DNA of 64,000 nucleotides, taken from IMG/VR virus record IMGVR_UViG_3300044820_000144, positions 51,592 through 115,591 of that record; one strand, given 5' to 3'. This DNA comes from a virus. Shown here piece by piece: positions 34,707 to 43,470 of this stretch. Below the pieces are notes generated by a model. It was not told the DNA's origin, searched no databases, and saw only the letters and a list, made by a program, of their open reading frames with translations. The position numbers and the translations under genes are program-made. Position 1 is the first letter of the stretch, and every line of letters starts with the position of its first letter.

Positions 34707-37700
34707 GTGAGCGAGACCACCGGCGGCGGCGGTGAAGTCACCCAGTTCACCGCGACCCAGAACTTCACCCAGGTCTTCAGCGAGATCACTCAGGCCTTCC
34801 AGACCGGTGAAGCCACCATCACCGGCACCGTCGGGCGCATCAACTCCGTCCTGGGCCAGCTCGGGGGCATCAACCCCGAGGGCATGACCCGGTCCTTGAC
34901 CGCGTTCGAGCAGGGCGCCGAGCGCATCCAGCAGCGCATCCAGCAGCTGCAGGTCGAGATGACCCGGACCCTGCAGGCCGGCAACCAGCCGGCCACGCAG
35001 TTCGGGCCCGCCGCCCGGCAGGTCATCACCCAGGCCACACAGGCGACCACCCGGGACCTGCGCGGCGCGGGCGTCGAGGAAGCCCAGATCCGCGCCCTGG
35101 TCGCCAGCCTGCAGGCGCTGGGCGTCTCCCTGGCCCGCACCGCCCAGACCCAGCTGCGCACCACCGCCGCCGAGAACAACGTCGCCGGGTTCAACCCCGG
35201 TCGGGCCCTCAGCTTCCCCAGCGCCTCCCGCGTCGACGGAGAACTCGGCCAGGCCATCTCGGGACTCGTCGCCGCCCTGAGCGGACGAGTCAGCGCCGCC
35301 AACGAGGCCGCCGCAGCCGACCGGCGCGCCGCCGAAGCCGCGAACGCCGAAACCGCGGCCAGGGGCCGCCGCAGCGAGACCCCCGCAGCCGCCGGCGGGG
35401 CCGGCCAGCCCCCCACCACGCCCCCGGCGCCCCCCGCCGCGGCACCGCCGCCCGAGCAGCCCCGCACCCCCACCGTCAGGTCAGGGGTTGTCGAGACCAA
35501 CCGGGAAGCGCAGCTGCAGAGCCAGCGGGAGCTGGCCGCGTCGTTGAACGCGCGCCTCGTCGACCCCAGGGCGCTCGCCCTGGCTGGCCAGGAGCTGGGC
35601 GCCGGGATGGTCTACCGCGTCAAGACCGGCTTCGCCGAAGTCCAGGCCGACCTGAGCCGGCGCTACTTCGCGCCGGATTCGTCTGGAGGCGTTCGACCCT
35701 TCAACGGCAACACCACAGGCGAGGGCGCCAACCCTCGCCTGTTCGGTGAGTACGAGGCCGCCAACAGGCAGATCCTCGGGAATGCCCGGCAGGCCGTCGT
35801 CGACCAGGCCGCCCGCCAGATCGCCGACCTGCTGACTGCCGCCTCCCAGATCGTCGGCTCCGGCGTCCAGCGGCTGCGCAGCGGGTTCATCAACACCAAC
35901 ACCGCTCAGCCGTCCTTCTATAGCCCCAGCGGGGCCCGGCTGGAACCCGGTTCAGCGCAGGCGCAGAACATCCGCGATCAGTACGACCGCGCCAGCCGCG
36001 CCCAGCAGAACGAAGCCGACCAGGCGCGCATCACGCAGGCCACTCGACAGATGGCCGACACCCTGACGGCCGCGTCGCAGCGCCTCGGATCCGGTGTCGA
36101 ACGGATGCGCAGCGGGTTCATCAACACCAACACGTCCGAGCCGTCCTTCTACAACGCCCGCGGTCAGCGGCTGGAGCCTGACTCCGCGCAGGCGCTAAAC
36201 ATCCGCGATCAGTACGACCGCGCCAGCCGCGCCCAGCAGATCGCCGACGAGCAGCGCCAGCTGGCCTCCCGGCTGCAGCAGGAGGCCCTCACCCGCGAGC
36301 AGGCCCGCTCCGCGCAGGGCGCCCTGCCCGGCGGACAGCTGACCCAGGTCGGCGCCAACACCTTCCGGGACGCCACCGGCCCCATCACCGAGTTCTTCAA
36401 GACCTTCACCCAGCAGGGCGAGCTGCGCGCCCGGCGCCTCGACCCGGCCAACGAGGCCGACCGCGGCGCCATCGCCCGGATCGAGCAGGAGTACGCCGCC
36501 AACCTGCGCAAGGCCATCGCCCAGGCCGAGGGCGACGCCCAGCGTGAACACCTCGAACGGGAGCGCGTCAGCCAGGCCACCCAGGAACTGGCCCTGGCCA
36601 ACCGCCGCTACGTCCAGGAGCTGTACGAGGCTGCCGCCGAGACCCGGCGCCGGATCGCGCAGGGGCAGCAGTCCACCAACGGCGTCACCCAGGTCGGGCC
36701 CAGCACGTTCGCGATCGCCCCCCGGGCCACCGGGGACGTCGGACACGTCGTAGAGATCAACCGGCAGGGGCAAGCCACCCAGCTGGACCCCGAGGTCGAC
36801 CGGTCCCGCTTCGCCGCCGCCCAGCTGACCGCCGCGACGCGGGAGGAGACCGCCCAGCGCCGCCTCAACGCCCGCACCGAAGCGGAGAACGCCGCCGCCG
36901 AACGCGAACTGACCGCGGCGATGAAGGAGCAGGCCAAGCGAGGCCTGCTCAACAACTTCCTGACCGGCATCTCCAACTCCGGATTCGGTGGCGGGCCCGC
37001 CTTCAACGGCCAGTTCGACGGCCTCGCCCGGTCCGCCGGCCAGGCCGTGAAGTACAACCTCCTCTACACGGTGATGGGGGATCTCCAACGAGTCGCTGGC
37101 GAAGCGGCCAAGGAGTTCCTCGACATGAACGACTCCCTCACCGAGCTGGAAGTCGCCATGGGGAGTGGCGCCAACATCACCGCAGACTTCACCGACAAGC
37201 TCCAGAACTTCGCCGCCATCGGCGGATTCAACGTCGGCGAAGCCATGGACGTCGCCGCGAAGGGCATCCGCTCCTTCCGCGGCGAACTGGAAGCCGCGGA
37301 CGCCGCCCTGGCCCAGACCGGCGACAAGACACAGTCGCTCGCCGACCGGCAGCGGGCTTTCGGCGACGACTACGCCAAGGAAGCCTCACGCCTGGCGGTC
37401 CTGGCGACCACCACCCTCACCGACTCCGCCGGCAACCTCGCCGCCATCAGCAAGGGCTTCAAGCTGCCCACCAGCGGGGCCGGGCTGCGGCAGGTCACCG
37501 ACGCCGTCGCCGGCGCCAAGCTCGCCGGCGGTGGCGACGAGACCCAGATCTACCAGGGGCTCGCGAACTCCGCGGTCGTCTTCAAGCAGATGGGCTTCAG
37601 CCTCCGCGAAGCCGCCACCATCATCTCCCAGCTGAACTCCGAGACCGACCAGTCCGGCACCCTGCTGGCCACCCGCGTCTCCCGCCTCGGCCAGATCCTC

Positions 37701-40700
37701 GAAGGATCCTCCGGGAAGCAGTTCATCCAGGCGATCAACCAGACCCGCCCCGCCGGTACCGACGCCGTCGACACCACCGCGAGCGCGCGCGACCAGATCC
37801 TCGCGCTCAGCGAGATGTTCCAGAAGATGAACGAGGCCCAGCGCCAGGTCCTCACCTCCCGCCTGGGCGGCACCGGCCAGGCACGGGAAATCCTCGTCCT
37901 GCTGGACAAGCTGAGCGGCGCCCAGGGAATCCTCGCCAAGGCCGGCGACACCCAGACCTTCGACAACGCCGGGTTGCGGGAGTTCGAGAAGCGCCTAGAG
38001 AACGTCCGAGCCCAGCTGACGATCATCCAGGGCAACCTGAAGGCGCTCGTCACCAACCTGGCGGCGTCCGGACTGGCCGACCCGTTCGTCGCCCTCGTCG
38101 AAGCCGTGAAATTCCTCACCGGCCTCCTCAAGGGCGCCACCCAGGAGATCGCCCGGTTCACCGGCGCCTTCGGCCCCCTGCGTCCGATCGTGGTCGACCT
38201 GCTGGCGCTCGGCCTGGCCCTCAAGGCCGTGGCAGCAATCCGCTCCGCCGGCAGCATCGGTGGAGCCCTGCTGGCCGCCGAAGGTCGCTTCGCGCCAGCG
38301 AGCGCACTGGCTCGCGTTCAGCTTGCCGAGCGGGTCGGGACCGAGGCCACGGCTGGAGCAGCCGCTGCGGCACCCTCGGTCGGCGCCACCGCCGCCGGCC
38401 TGCGCGCACAGACGGCCCTGCGCACCTCCGTCGACGAAGGCGTCGTCACCGCAGCCACCCGACTCAACGCGGCGGCCATCCAGCTGGAGGCCGCCGAAGC
38501 CGCCCTGGCCACCGCGGCGACCGAGCAGCAGGCCGCGTCGACCGCGATGGCCGCCGCTGTCGCCAGCCAGGACGCCGCCGCCATCTCCCAGGCCGAGGGC
38601 GCCTCCGCCTACGCCGCCGCCGTCGCCACCCAGGCCCGCACCTCCGTCATCCGCGCCCGGACCGACGTCGGCGCTGCCGCAGGCGGCCTCACCGCCGCCG
38701 AGCGCGCAGCCCGACCCGCAGCCGAGATCACCGGTCGCACCAGCCGGGCCATCGAGAGGGCCCAGGCCGACTACGCCGACGAAGTCGCCCGGGGCCAGCG
38801 GCGCCTGGAACGCATCCAGGCCCGCGTCGACGCCGTCCCCGCCGGCGGGTCCACCCGCCAGCTGGAGCGCCTGGCCGCCCAGGAAGCGGCCGTCCGCAAC
38901 CGCCTCGTCACCACCGAGGCCGCGTTCCAGGCCCGCCTGGCGGCCATCTACCGGGAGCGGGAAGGCCTGGAAATCAGGGCCGCCCTCGCCGCCCGACGTA
39001 GCGGGGTCGGCAACTTCGTCAACACCGCCACCGGCGGCCTGCTCGGCAGGGTCGGACAGGCCGCCCAGGAAGGCAGCCGCGTCCCCACCTTCGTCGGACT
39101 CGGCCGGACCCTCAGCGCCGGAGGCAGCGCCCTGTCGGGCCTGGTCGGCGGCCCCGTCGGTATCGGAGTCATCGCCGCGCTCGCGGGCGCCGCGGCGCTC
39201 AACGGCCTGCGCTCGGCGTTCGCGGATGTCGCGGCCGCGCAGAAGACCGCGGCCGAGGAGCTGGCCAGGGTCAACGGCTCCTCCGCTGAGGCCCTGCGCT
39301 CGGCTGCCGACTCCCAGGAGGCGGCAGCCAACGCGCTGCGCGAGTCCACGGGCGGGTTCTTCGGCGGCATCGCCGCGGCCAACTCCTCCGACGTGAAGAT
39401 CAACCCGGTGACCGGGGAGAAGACGGTCGACAACCGGCTCAACATCCTCCAGGACGTCGCCAAGGGCCTGCAGGAGTTCACCGAGGGCGCTAGGGCCACC
39501 TGGAACAGCATCACCCACGGCCCCGCCTCCGACCAGGCCGACCAGCTCACCTCACTGGCCGCCCAGAACCGCCGTGACGCCGCCGCCCTGGACCGGCTGC
39601 GCACCCAGGGTGCCGCCGCCGGAGGCACCGAAGGGCTGGTGAAGTCCCTCGACTTCACCAGCATCGACACCCTCACGGCCAGCCTGAAGGCCCTCGTCGA
39701 CGCGGGGTACAGCGCCGCGTCGGTGATGCAGGCCCTGACCCAGTCCATCAAGGACGACCAGAAGCTCCAGGAAACCCACACCACCAGCGACCTGACCGAG
39801 GCTCGGCGCCGTGCACTCACCACGACGATCGCCGCGTCCGTCGGGTCGAGCGTCACCAACGTCCAAGGGCTGCTCAACACCTTCGCGGACACCCCGACCA
39901 CCTTCGTCGGCGGCCGGCGCCCCCGCGGCTTCGTCGGCGGCTCCGACGTCTTCACCCTCGGCACCGGAGGCGGCGGAGAGACGATCACCCGCGCCGAGGT
40001 CAACCAGGGACGACAGGCCATCGACGCGCAGGGCGGCGTGGCCGGACTCAAGGCGATCGTCGAGTCGTCCACCCAGAAGTTCCTCACCACGCCCGGCCTG
40101 GACCTCTACTCGGCCGGCACTGCCGACGCCTACCGCCAGGCCATCGAGTCGACCCTGGAATCGGCCAAGCTGCCTGCCCCGGTCGCCCGAGCGATCGCCC
40201 GAGGCCAGGCCGCCGCCTTCGCCAAGGCCACCGAGGCGCTGCGGACCTCCCTGGCCCAGGACGACACCAAGCTCCTGGAGTTCGCGAAGGCGGCACCGGC
40301 GAACAGCCAAGCGGTGGGCCAGGAGACCACCACCGCCGCGAAGCTCGCCGCCGCCGTGAGCGGCAACCCGGTGGACCTCTCCGCGACGGCCGGCGCGAAC
40401 GCTCGACTGAACACCGCCCAGAGCAACCTCGACCTCGCCAAACCCCTCCTGGAGCGAATCAAGGCAGCCCAGCCGGACAAGAACAAGAACGGGGAGATCG
40501 ACGCCGCCATCCGCCTCCTGGAGGTGGACCTCGACAACGCGAAACTCGCGAAGATCGAAGCGGTCACCGCGGACGCCAAGAACCTCCTCGCGGACAACGA
40601 GCGCGTCCGCCAGACGCAACTGGCCCATGCCACAACGGTCGCCCAAGCGCAGTCGATCGCGGCCGGATTCAACAGAACCAACCTGGACGTCGCGGCGAAC

Positions 40701-41888
40701 ACGGGCAACGTCGACGTCATCGTCGGGGCGATGAACTCCTCCACCCAGGAACAGAACGACGCACTGAAGAAGCGCACCGACGACGCAGCAGCGAAGGCGA
40801 AGCTCGACTTCGACGCCCAGAAGAAGGTCTACGACGAAGCGCAGCAGCGGAAGGCAACCGCCGATGCCGCCTTCGAGGACCTGAAACGACAGGCCCATCT
40901 CCCCGGATCCGGGGTCACCGCCGCAGACCTGGACAAGGCCCGCCAGGAGAAGGAAGCCGCCGACGCCGCCGCCGGCAAGGTCAAGGCCCCCGACTCCACC
41001 GCCCTGGACAAGGCCAACGCGGACGCGGCAGCCGTCAACAACGCCCTGGGCCGATCCAACCCCAACGGCGGCACCGACCTGCAGATCAAGGCGGCGCTCG
41101 ATGCAGCGAACGCCACCAAGTCCCGCGACAGCGTCGGCCAGCTCCGTGCCGCCCGCGACGCGGCCCAGGCCGACCTGATCCTCCAGTCGGTCAACAAGGA
41201 CTCCCTGGCCTACAAGAACGCTCTCAAGGCCGTCTTCGAGACCGAGAACGCGCTCGCCGATGGACTGCTGGATGCTGCGGACACGGCGCGCCGGGGGAGC
41301 ATCGATCTGTCCAATCCCCTCACCGTCGCGCAGGACGCCCTGCGCACGGCCCGGGACAAGCTCGCCTCCGACAAGGCGAGGGGCGCCAGCGACGAGCAGA
41401 TCCAGAAGGACACGATCTCGGTCCACGAGGCGCAGAACACCGAGGAATCCACCCGACACCAGCAGCGCATCAGCGACGCCCAGAACCTGGAACAGCTCGG
41501 GAAGATCAGCCACTCGGCGTACATGGGGATGCTGCAGGCCGAGCACAACCGCATCCAGACCCAGCTGAACGCCACCCAGAAGGGCACGAACGGATACTTC
41601 CAGCTGACGCAGATGCTGATCGACACCGACCTGAAGATCAAGCAGGCGGCCAGTTCGCTGTCGGGACAGTTCAACCTCGGCGACATCAAGGTCCCGACGG
41701 TCTACGAAGTGCGCCGGAGCCTGCAGAACTCGCTGGGCGGGCAGGCCATCAACGCCACCACCAACCAGGCCACGACGACGACGAACAATTTCACCTTCCA
41801 GGGTGCCGATCTTTCGAAGGTCGAAGCGATCGTCAAGCAAGCCGTCGGGGCCGGGAACCGGGTCACCGTCGCGACGCGGAAGGCGTGA
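34707..41888 (+). CDS. Tape measure protein (2393 aa)
   Basis: Very long Ala-rich helical protein after chaperone; TMP-like core from ~37000. Confidence 0.92.
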   Translation: MSETTGGGGEVTQFTATQNFTQVFSEITQAFQTGEATITGTVGRINSVLGQLGGINPEGMTRSLTAFEQGAERIQQRIQQLQVEMTRTLQAGNQPATQFGPAARQVITQATQATTRDLRGAGVEEAQIRALVASLQALGVSLARTAQTQLRTTAAENNVAGFNPGRALSFPSASRVDGELGQAISGLVAALSGRVSAANEAAAADRRAAEAANAETAARGRRSETPAAAGGAGQPPTTPPAPPAAAPPPEQPRTPTVRSGVVETNREAQLQSQRELAASLNARLVDPRALALAGQELGAGMVYRVKTGFAEVQADLSRRYFAPDSSGGVRPFNGNTTGEGANPRLFGEYEAANRQILGNARQAVVDQAARQIADLLTAASQIVGSGVQRLRSGFINTNTAQPSFYSPSGARLEPGSAQAQNIRDQYDRASRAQQNEADQARITQATRQMADTLTAASQRLGSGVERMRSGFINTNTSEPSFYNARGQRLEPDSAQALNIRDQYDRASRAQQIADEQRQLASRLQQEALTREQARSAQGALPGGQLTQVGANTFRDATGPITEFFKTFTQQGELRARRLDPANEADRGAIARIEQEYAANLRKAIAQAEGDAQREHLERERVSQATQELALANRRYVQELYEAAAETRRRIAQGQQSTNGVTQVGPSTFAIAPRATGDVGHVVEINRQGQATQLDPEVDRSRFAAAQLTAATREETAQRRLNARTEAENAAAERELTAAMKEQAKRGLLNNFLTGISNSGFGGGPAFNGQFDGLARSAGQAVKYNLLYTVMGDLQRVAGEAAKEFLDMNDSLTELEVAMGSGANITADFTDKLQNFAAIGGFNVGEAMDVAAKGIRSFRGELEAADAALAQTGDKTQSLADRQRAFGDDYAKEASRLAVLATTTLTDSAGNLAAISKGFKLPTSGAGLRQVTDAVAGAKLAGGGDETQIYQGLANSAVVFKQMGFSLREAATIISQLNSETDQSGTLLATRVSRLGQILEGSSGKQFIQAINQTRPAGTDAVDTTASARDQILALSEMFQKMNEAQRQVLTSRLGGTGQAREILVLLDKLSGAQGILAKAGDTQTFDNAGLREFEKRLENVRAQLTIIQGNLKALVTNLAASGLADPFVALVEAVKFLTGLLKGATQEIARFTGAFGPLRPIVVDLLALGLALKAVAAIRSAGSIGGALLAAEGRFAPASALARVQLAERVGTEATAGAAAAAPSVGATAAGLRAQTALRTSVDEGVVTAATRLNAAAIQLEAAEAALATAATEQQAASTAMAAAVASQDAAAISQAEGASAYAAAVATQARTSVIRARTDVGAAAGGLTAAERAARPAAEITGRTSRAIERAQADYADEVARGQRRLERIQARVDAVPAGGSTRQLERLAAQEAAVRNRLVTTEAAFQARLAAIYREREGLEIRAALAARRSGVGNFVNTATGGLLGRVGQAAQEGSRVPTFVGLGRTLSAGGSALSGLVGGPVGIGVIAALAGAAALNGLRSAFADVAAAQKTAAEELARVNGSSAEALRSAADSQEAAANALRESTGGFFGGIAAANSSDVKINPVTGEKTVDNRLNILQDVAKGLQEFTEGARATWNSITHGPASDQADQLTSLAAQNRRDAAALDRLRTQGAAAGGTEGLVKSLDFTSIDTLTASLKALVDAGYSAASVMQALTQSIKDDQKLQETHTTSDLTEARRRALTTTIAASVGSSVTNVQGLLNTFADTPTTFVGGRRPRGFVGGSDVFTLGTGGGGETITRAEVNQGRQAIDAQGGVAGLKAIVESSTQKFLTTPGLDLYSAGTADAYRQAIESTLESAKLPAPVARAIARGQAAAFAKATEALRTSLAQDDTKLLEFAKAAPANSQAVGQETTTAAKLAAAVSGNPVDLSATAGANARLNTAQSNLDLAKPLLERIKAAQPDKNKNGEIDAAIRLLEVDLDNAKLAKIEAVTADAKNLLADNERVRQTQLAHATTVAQAQSIAAGFNRTNLDVAANTGNVDVIVGAMNSSTQEQNDALKKRTDDAAAKAKLDFDAQKKVYDEAQQRKATADAAFEDLKRQAHLPGSGVTAADLDKARQEKEAADAAAGKVKAPDSTALDKANADAAAVNNALGRSNPNGGTDLQIKAALDAANATKSRDSVGQLRAARDAAQADLILQSVNKDSLAYKNALKAVFETENALADGLLDAADTARRGSIDLSNPLTVAQDALRTARDKLASDKARGASDEQIQKDTISVHEAQNTEESTRHQQRISDAQNLEQLGKISHSAYMGMLQAEHNRIQTQLNATQKGTNGYFQLTQMLIDTDLKIKQAASSLSGQFNLGDIKVPTVYEVRRSLQNSLGGQAINATTNQATTTTNNFTFQGADLSKVEAIVKQAVGAGNRVTVATRKA

Positions 41889-41892
41889 CCCC

Positions 41893-42339
41893 ATGGCCAC
41901 CTCGTTCATCCCGCTGGCCGGTCTGCAGGCCGTCTACGACGACGACGACACCGCCGCCACCGTGACCGTCTACCTCCTGGACGCCACCGTCACCGAGCTG
42001 CTGGACGGCTACGACAACGTCTCGGACCTGCCGGGCCTGCTGCCCACCGGCGGCGGCTACGACGCCACCACGGGCCTGGCCGCCGGGGCGTGGCCGCTGT
42101 ACTTCGACGCCGACGCGGCCGTCATGGAACTGTCCCTGCCCGACACCAGCTGGGCCAGCGACGAGACCCTCTCGGTCACCTTCCGCTGGGTGGTCCTGGC
42201 CCTGCCGGGCGGGACCGTCCTGACCGCCGTGGACTTCGGGTCCGCCCAGACCCTCAGCGACGCACCCCTGCAGCTGTACGCCACCCGCTCCACCGAGCTG
42301 CCCAACTCCTACCCGGTCTTCCGCTGGCGCAAGGCCTGA
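41893..42339 (+). CDS. Hypothetical tail protein
   Basis: Follows TMP; acidic, beta-rich. Confidence 0.65.
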   Translation: MATSFIPLAGLQAVYDDDDTAATVTVYLLDATVTELLDGYDNVSDLPGLLPTGGGYDATTGLAAGAWPLYFDADAAVMELSLPDTSWASDETLSVTFRWVVLALPGGTVLTAVDFGSAQTLSDAPLQLYATRSTELPNSYPVFRWRKA

Positions 42340-42342
42340 CCG

Positions 42343-43470
42343 ATGACCGTCGACGCGAGCTTCCTCTACGACATCGGCGTCCTCCAGCTCGGCACCTACG
42401 GAGGCATGGGCGTCCAGCCCGGCATCGGTCTACCCGGTGGCGGTCAGCTGACCGCCACCGGGGTCAACCCCAACCCGACCCGCAGCACCACCGTCACCCT
42501 GTCCGGCGGGGACCAGGAGAGCGCCACCGGGACCCGGCAGGCCACCACCACGCTGACCCTGTCCGGGGGCGGGAACCTTGGCACCGACTCACCCCGCCCG
42601 GTCGTGCTCTTCCTGTCCGGGGGCGGGGCCCCGGCGCTGGTCGCCGGCCCGGAGGCCGGCTTCCACCTCCCACTGGTCCAGCTGTTCATCGAGGCCCCCG
42701 CCCTCGCCCTCGGCGCCCCGCCGGCGCCCACGCCGGCCGGGCTGATCCTCACCGTCGTCGACACCACCCTGGACATCTCCCCGGGCAGCCTCACCGTGTT
42801 CGTCGCGAACGGCACCCCCGACGAGGAATGCGCCTTCACCGTCGTGGACGGAGCGATTTCCACACCGGCGATATCTACCACCTTCGACGACGCGGGAGCC
42901 GTCGCCGGCCTCTCCGTTCCCATCGACGTCGTCGCCGAAGGCACCTACAGCCTCGTCGTCACCGACATGACCACGGCCCTGACCGCTTCGGCCGATTTCA
43001 GCGTGGCCGCCGTGGCGACAACGCAAACGATTGGAGTGCCCGTGACCACGCCGCCGCCGAGTGTCCAGCCGGGAACCGGCGTGCGGAAGTGGGTGTTCCA
43101 GGACCCGGTGACCGGCGAGACGTACCACTTCCCGATCAACCCGAACAAGATGAACTCGCCGTTCCCGCCCAAGAAGATCACCTTCTTGGCGACCACCAGC
43201 ATCAACGGGGCCAAGCTGGCGTTCGAGGGACAGTCCGCGCCCGTGGACTGGCAGTTCTCCGGGACGCTGTTCACCAAGGCGCAGTACGACGCGTTCGTCG
43301 CCTGGACGGGCAAGCGGAACCGTATCTGGATCACCGATCACTATGGTCGCGCGTGGCTGTGCTACCTCACCCACTTCGACCCCCAGGCCCGCCGTGACGT
43401 CGTGCACCCCTGGTGCCACGAATGGTCGATGAGCGCCCTCATCTTCGAGGGCCCGGTGACCCCGGTATGA
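42343..43470 (+). CDS. Putative distal tail (Dit-like) protein with N-terminal repeat/Ig extension
   Basis: C-terminal YHFPINPN...WQFSGT...ITDHYGR.W...HFDP; N-terminal TLSGG repeats like the 1900-aa protein. Confidence 0.6.
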   Translation: MTVDASFLYDIGVLQLGTYGGMGVQPGIGLPGGGQLTATGVNPNPTRSTTVTLSGGDQESATGTRQATTTLTLSGGGNLGTDSPRPVVLFLSGGGAPALVAGPEAGFHLPLVQLFIEAPALALGAPPAPTPAGLILTVVDTTLDISPGSLTVFVANGTPDEECAFTVVDGAISTPAISTTFDDAGAVAGLSVPIDVVAEGTYSLVVTDMTTALTASADFSVAAVATTQTIGVPVTTPPPSVQPGTGVRKWVFQDPVTGETYHFPINPNKMNSPFPPKKITFLATTSINGAKLAFEGQSAPVDWQFSGTLFTKAQYDAFVAWTGKRNRIWITDHYGRAWLCYLTHFDPQARRDVVHPWCHEWSMSALIFEGPVTPV

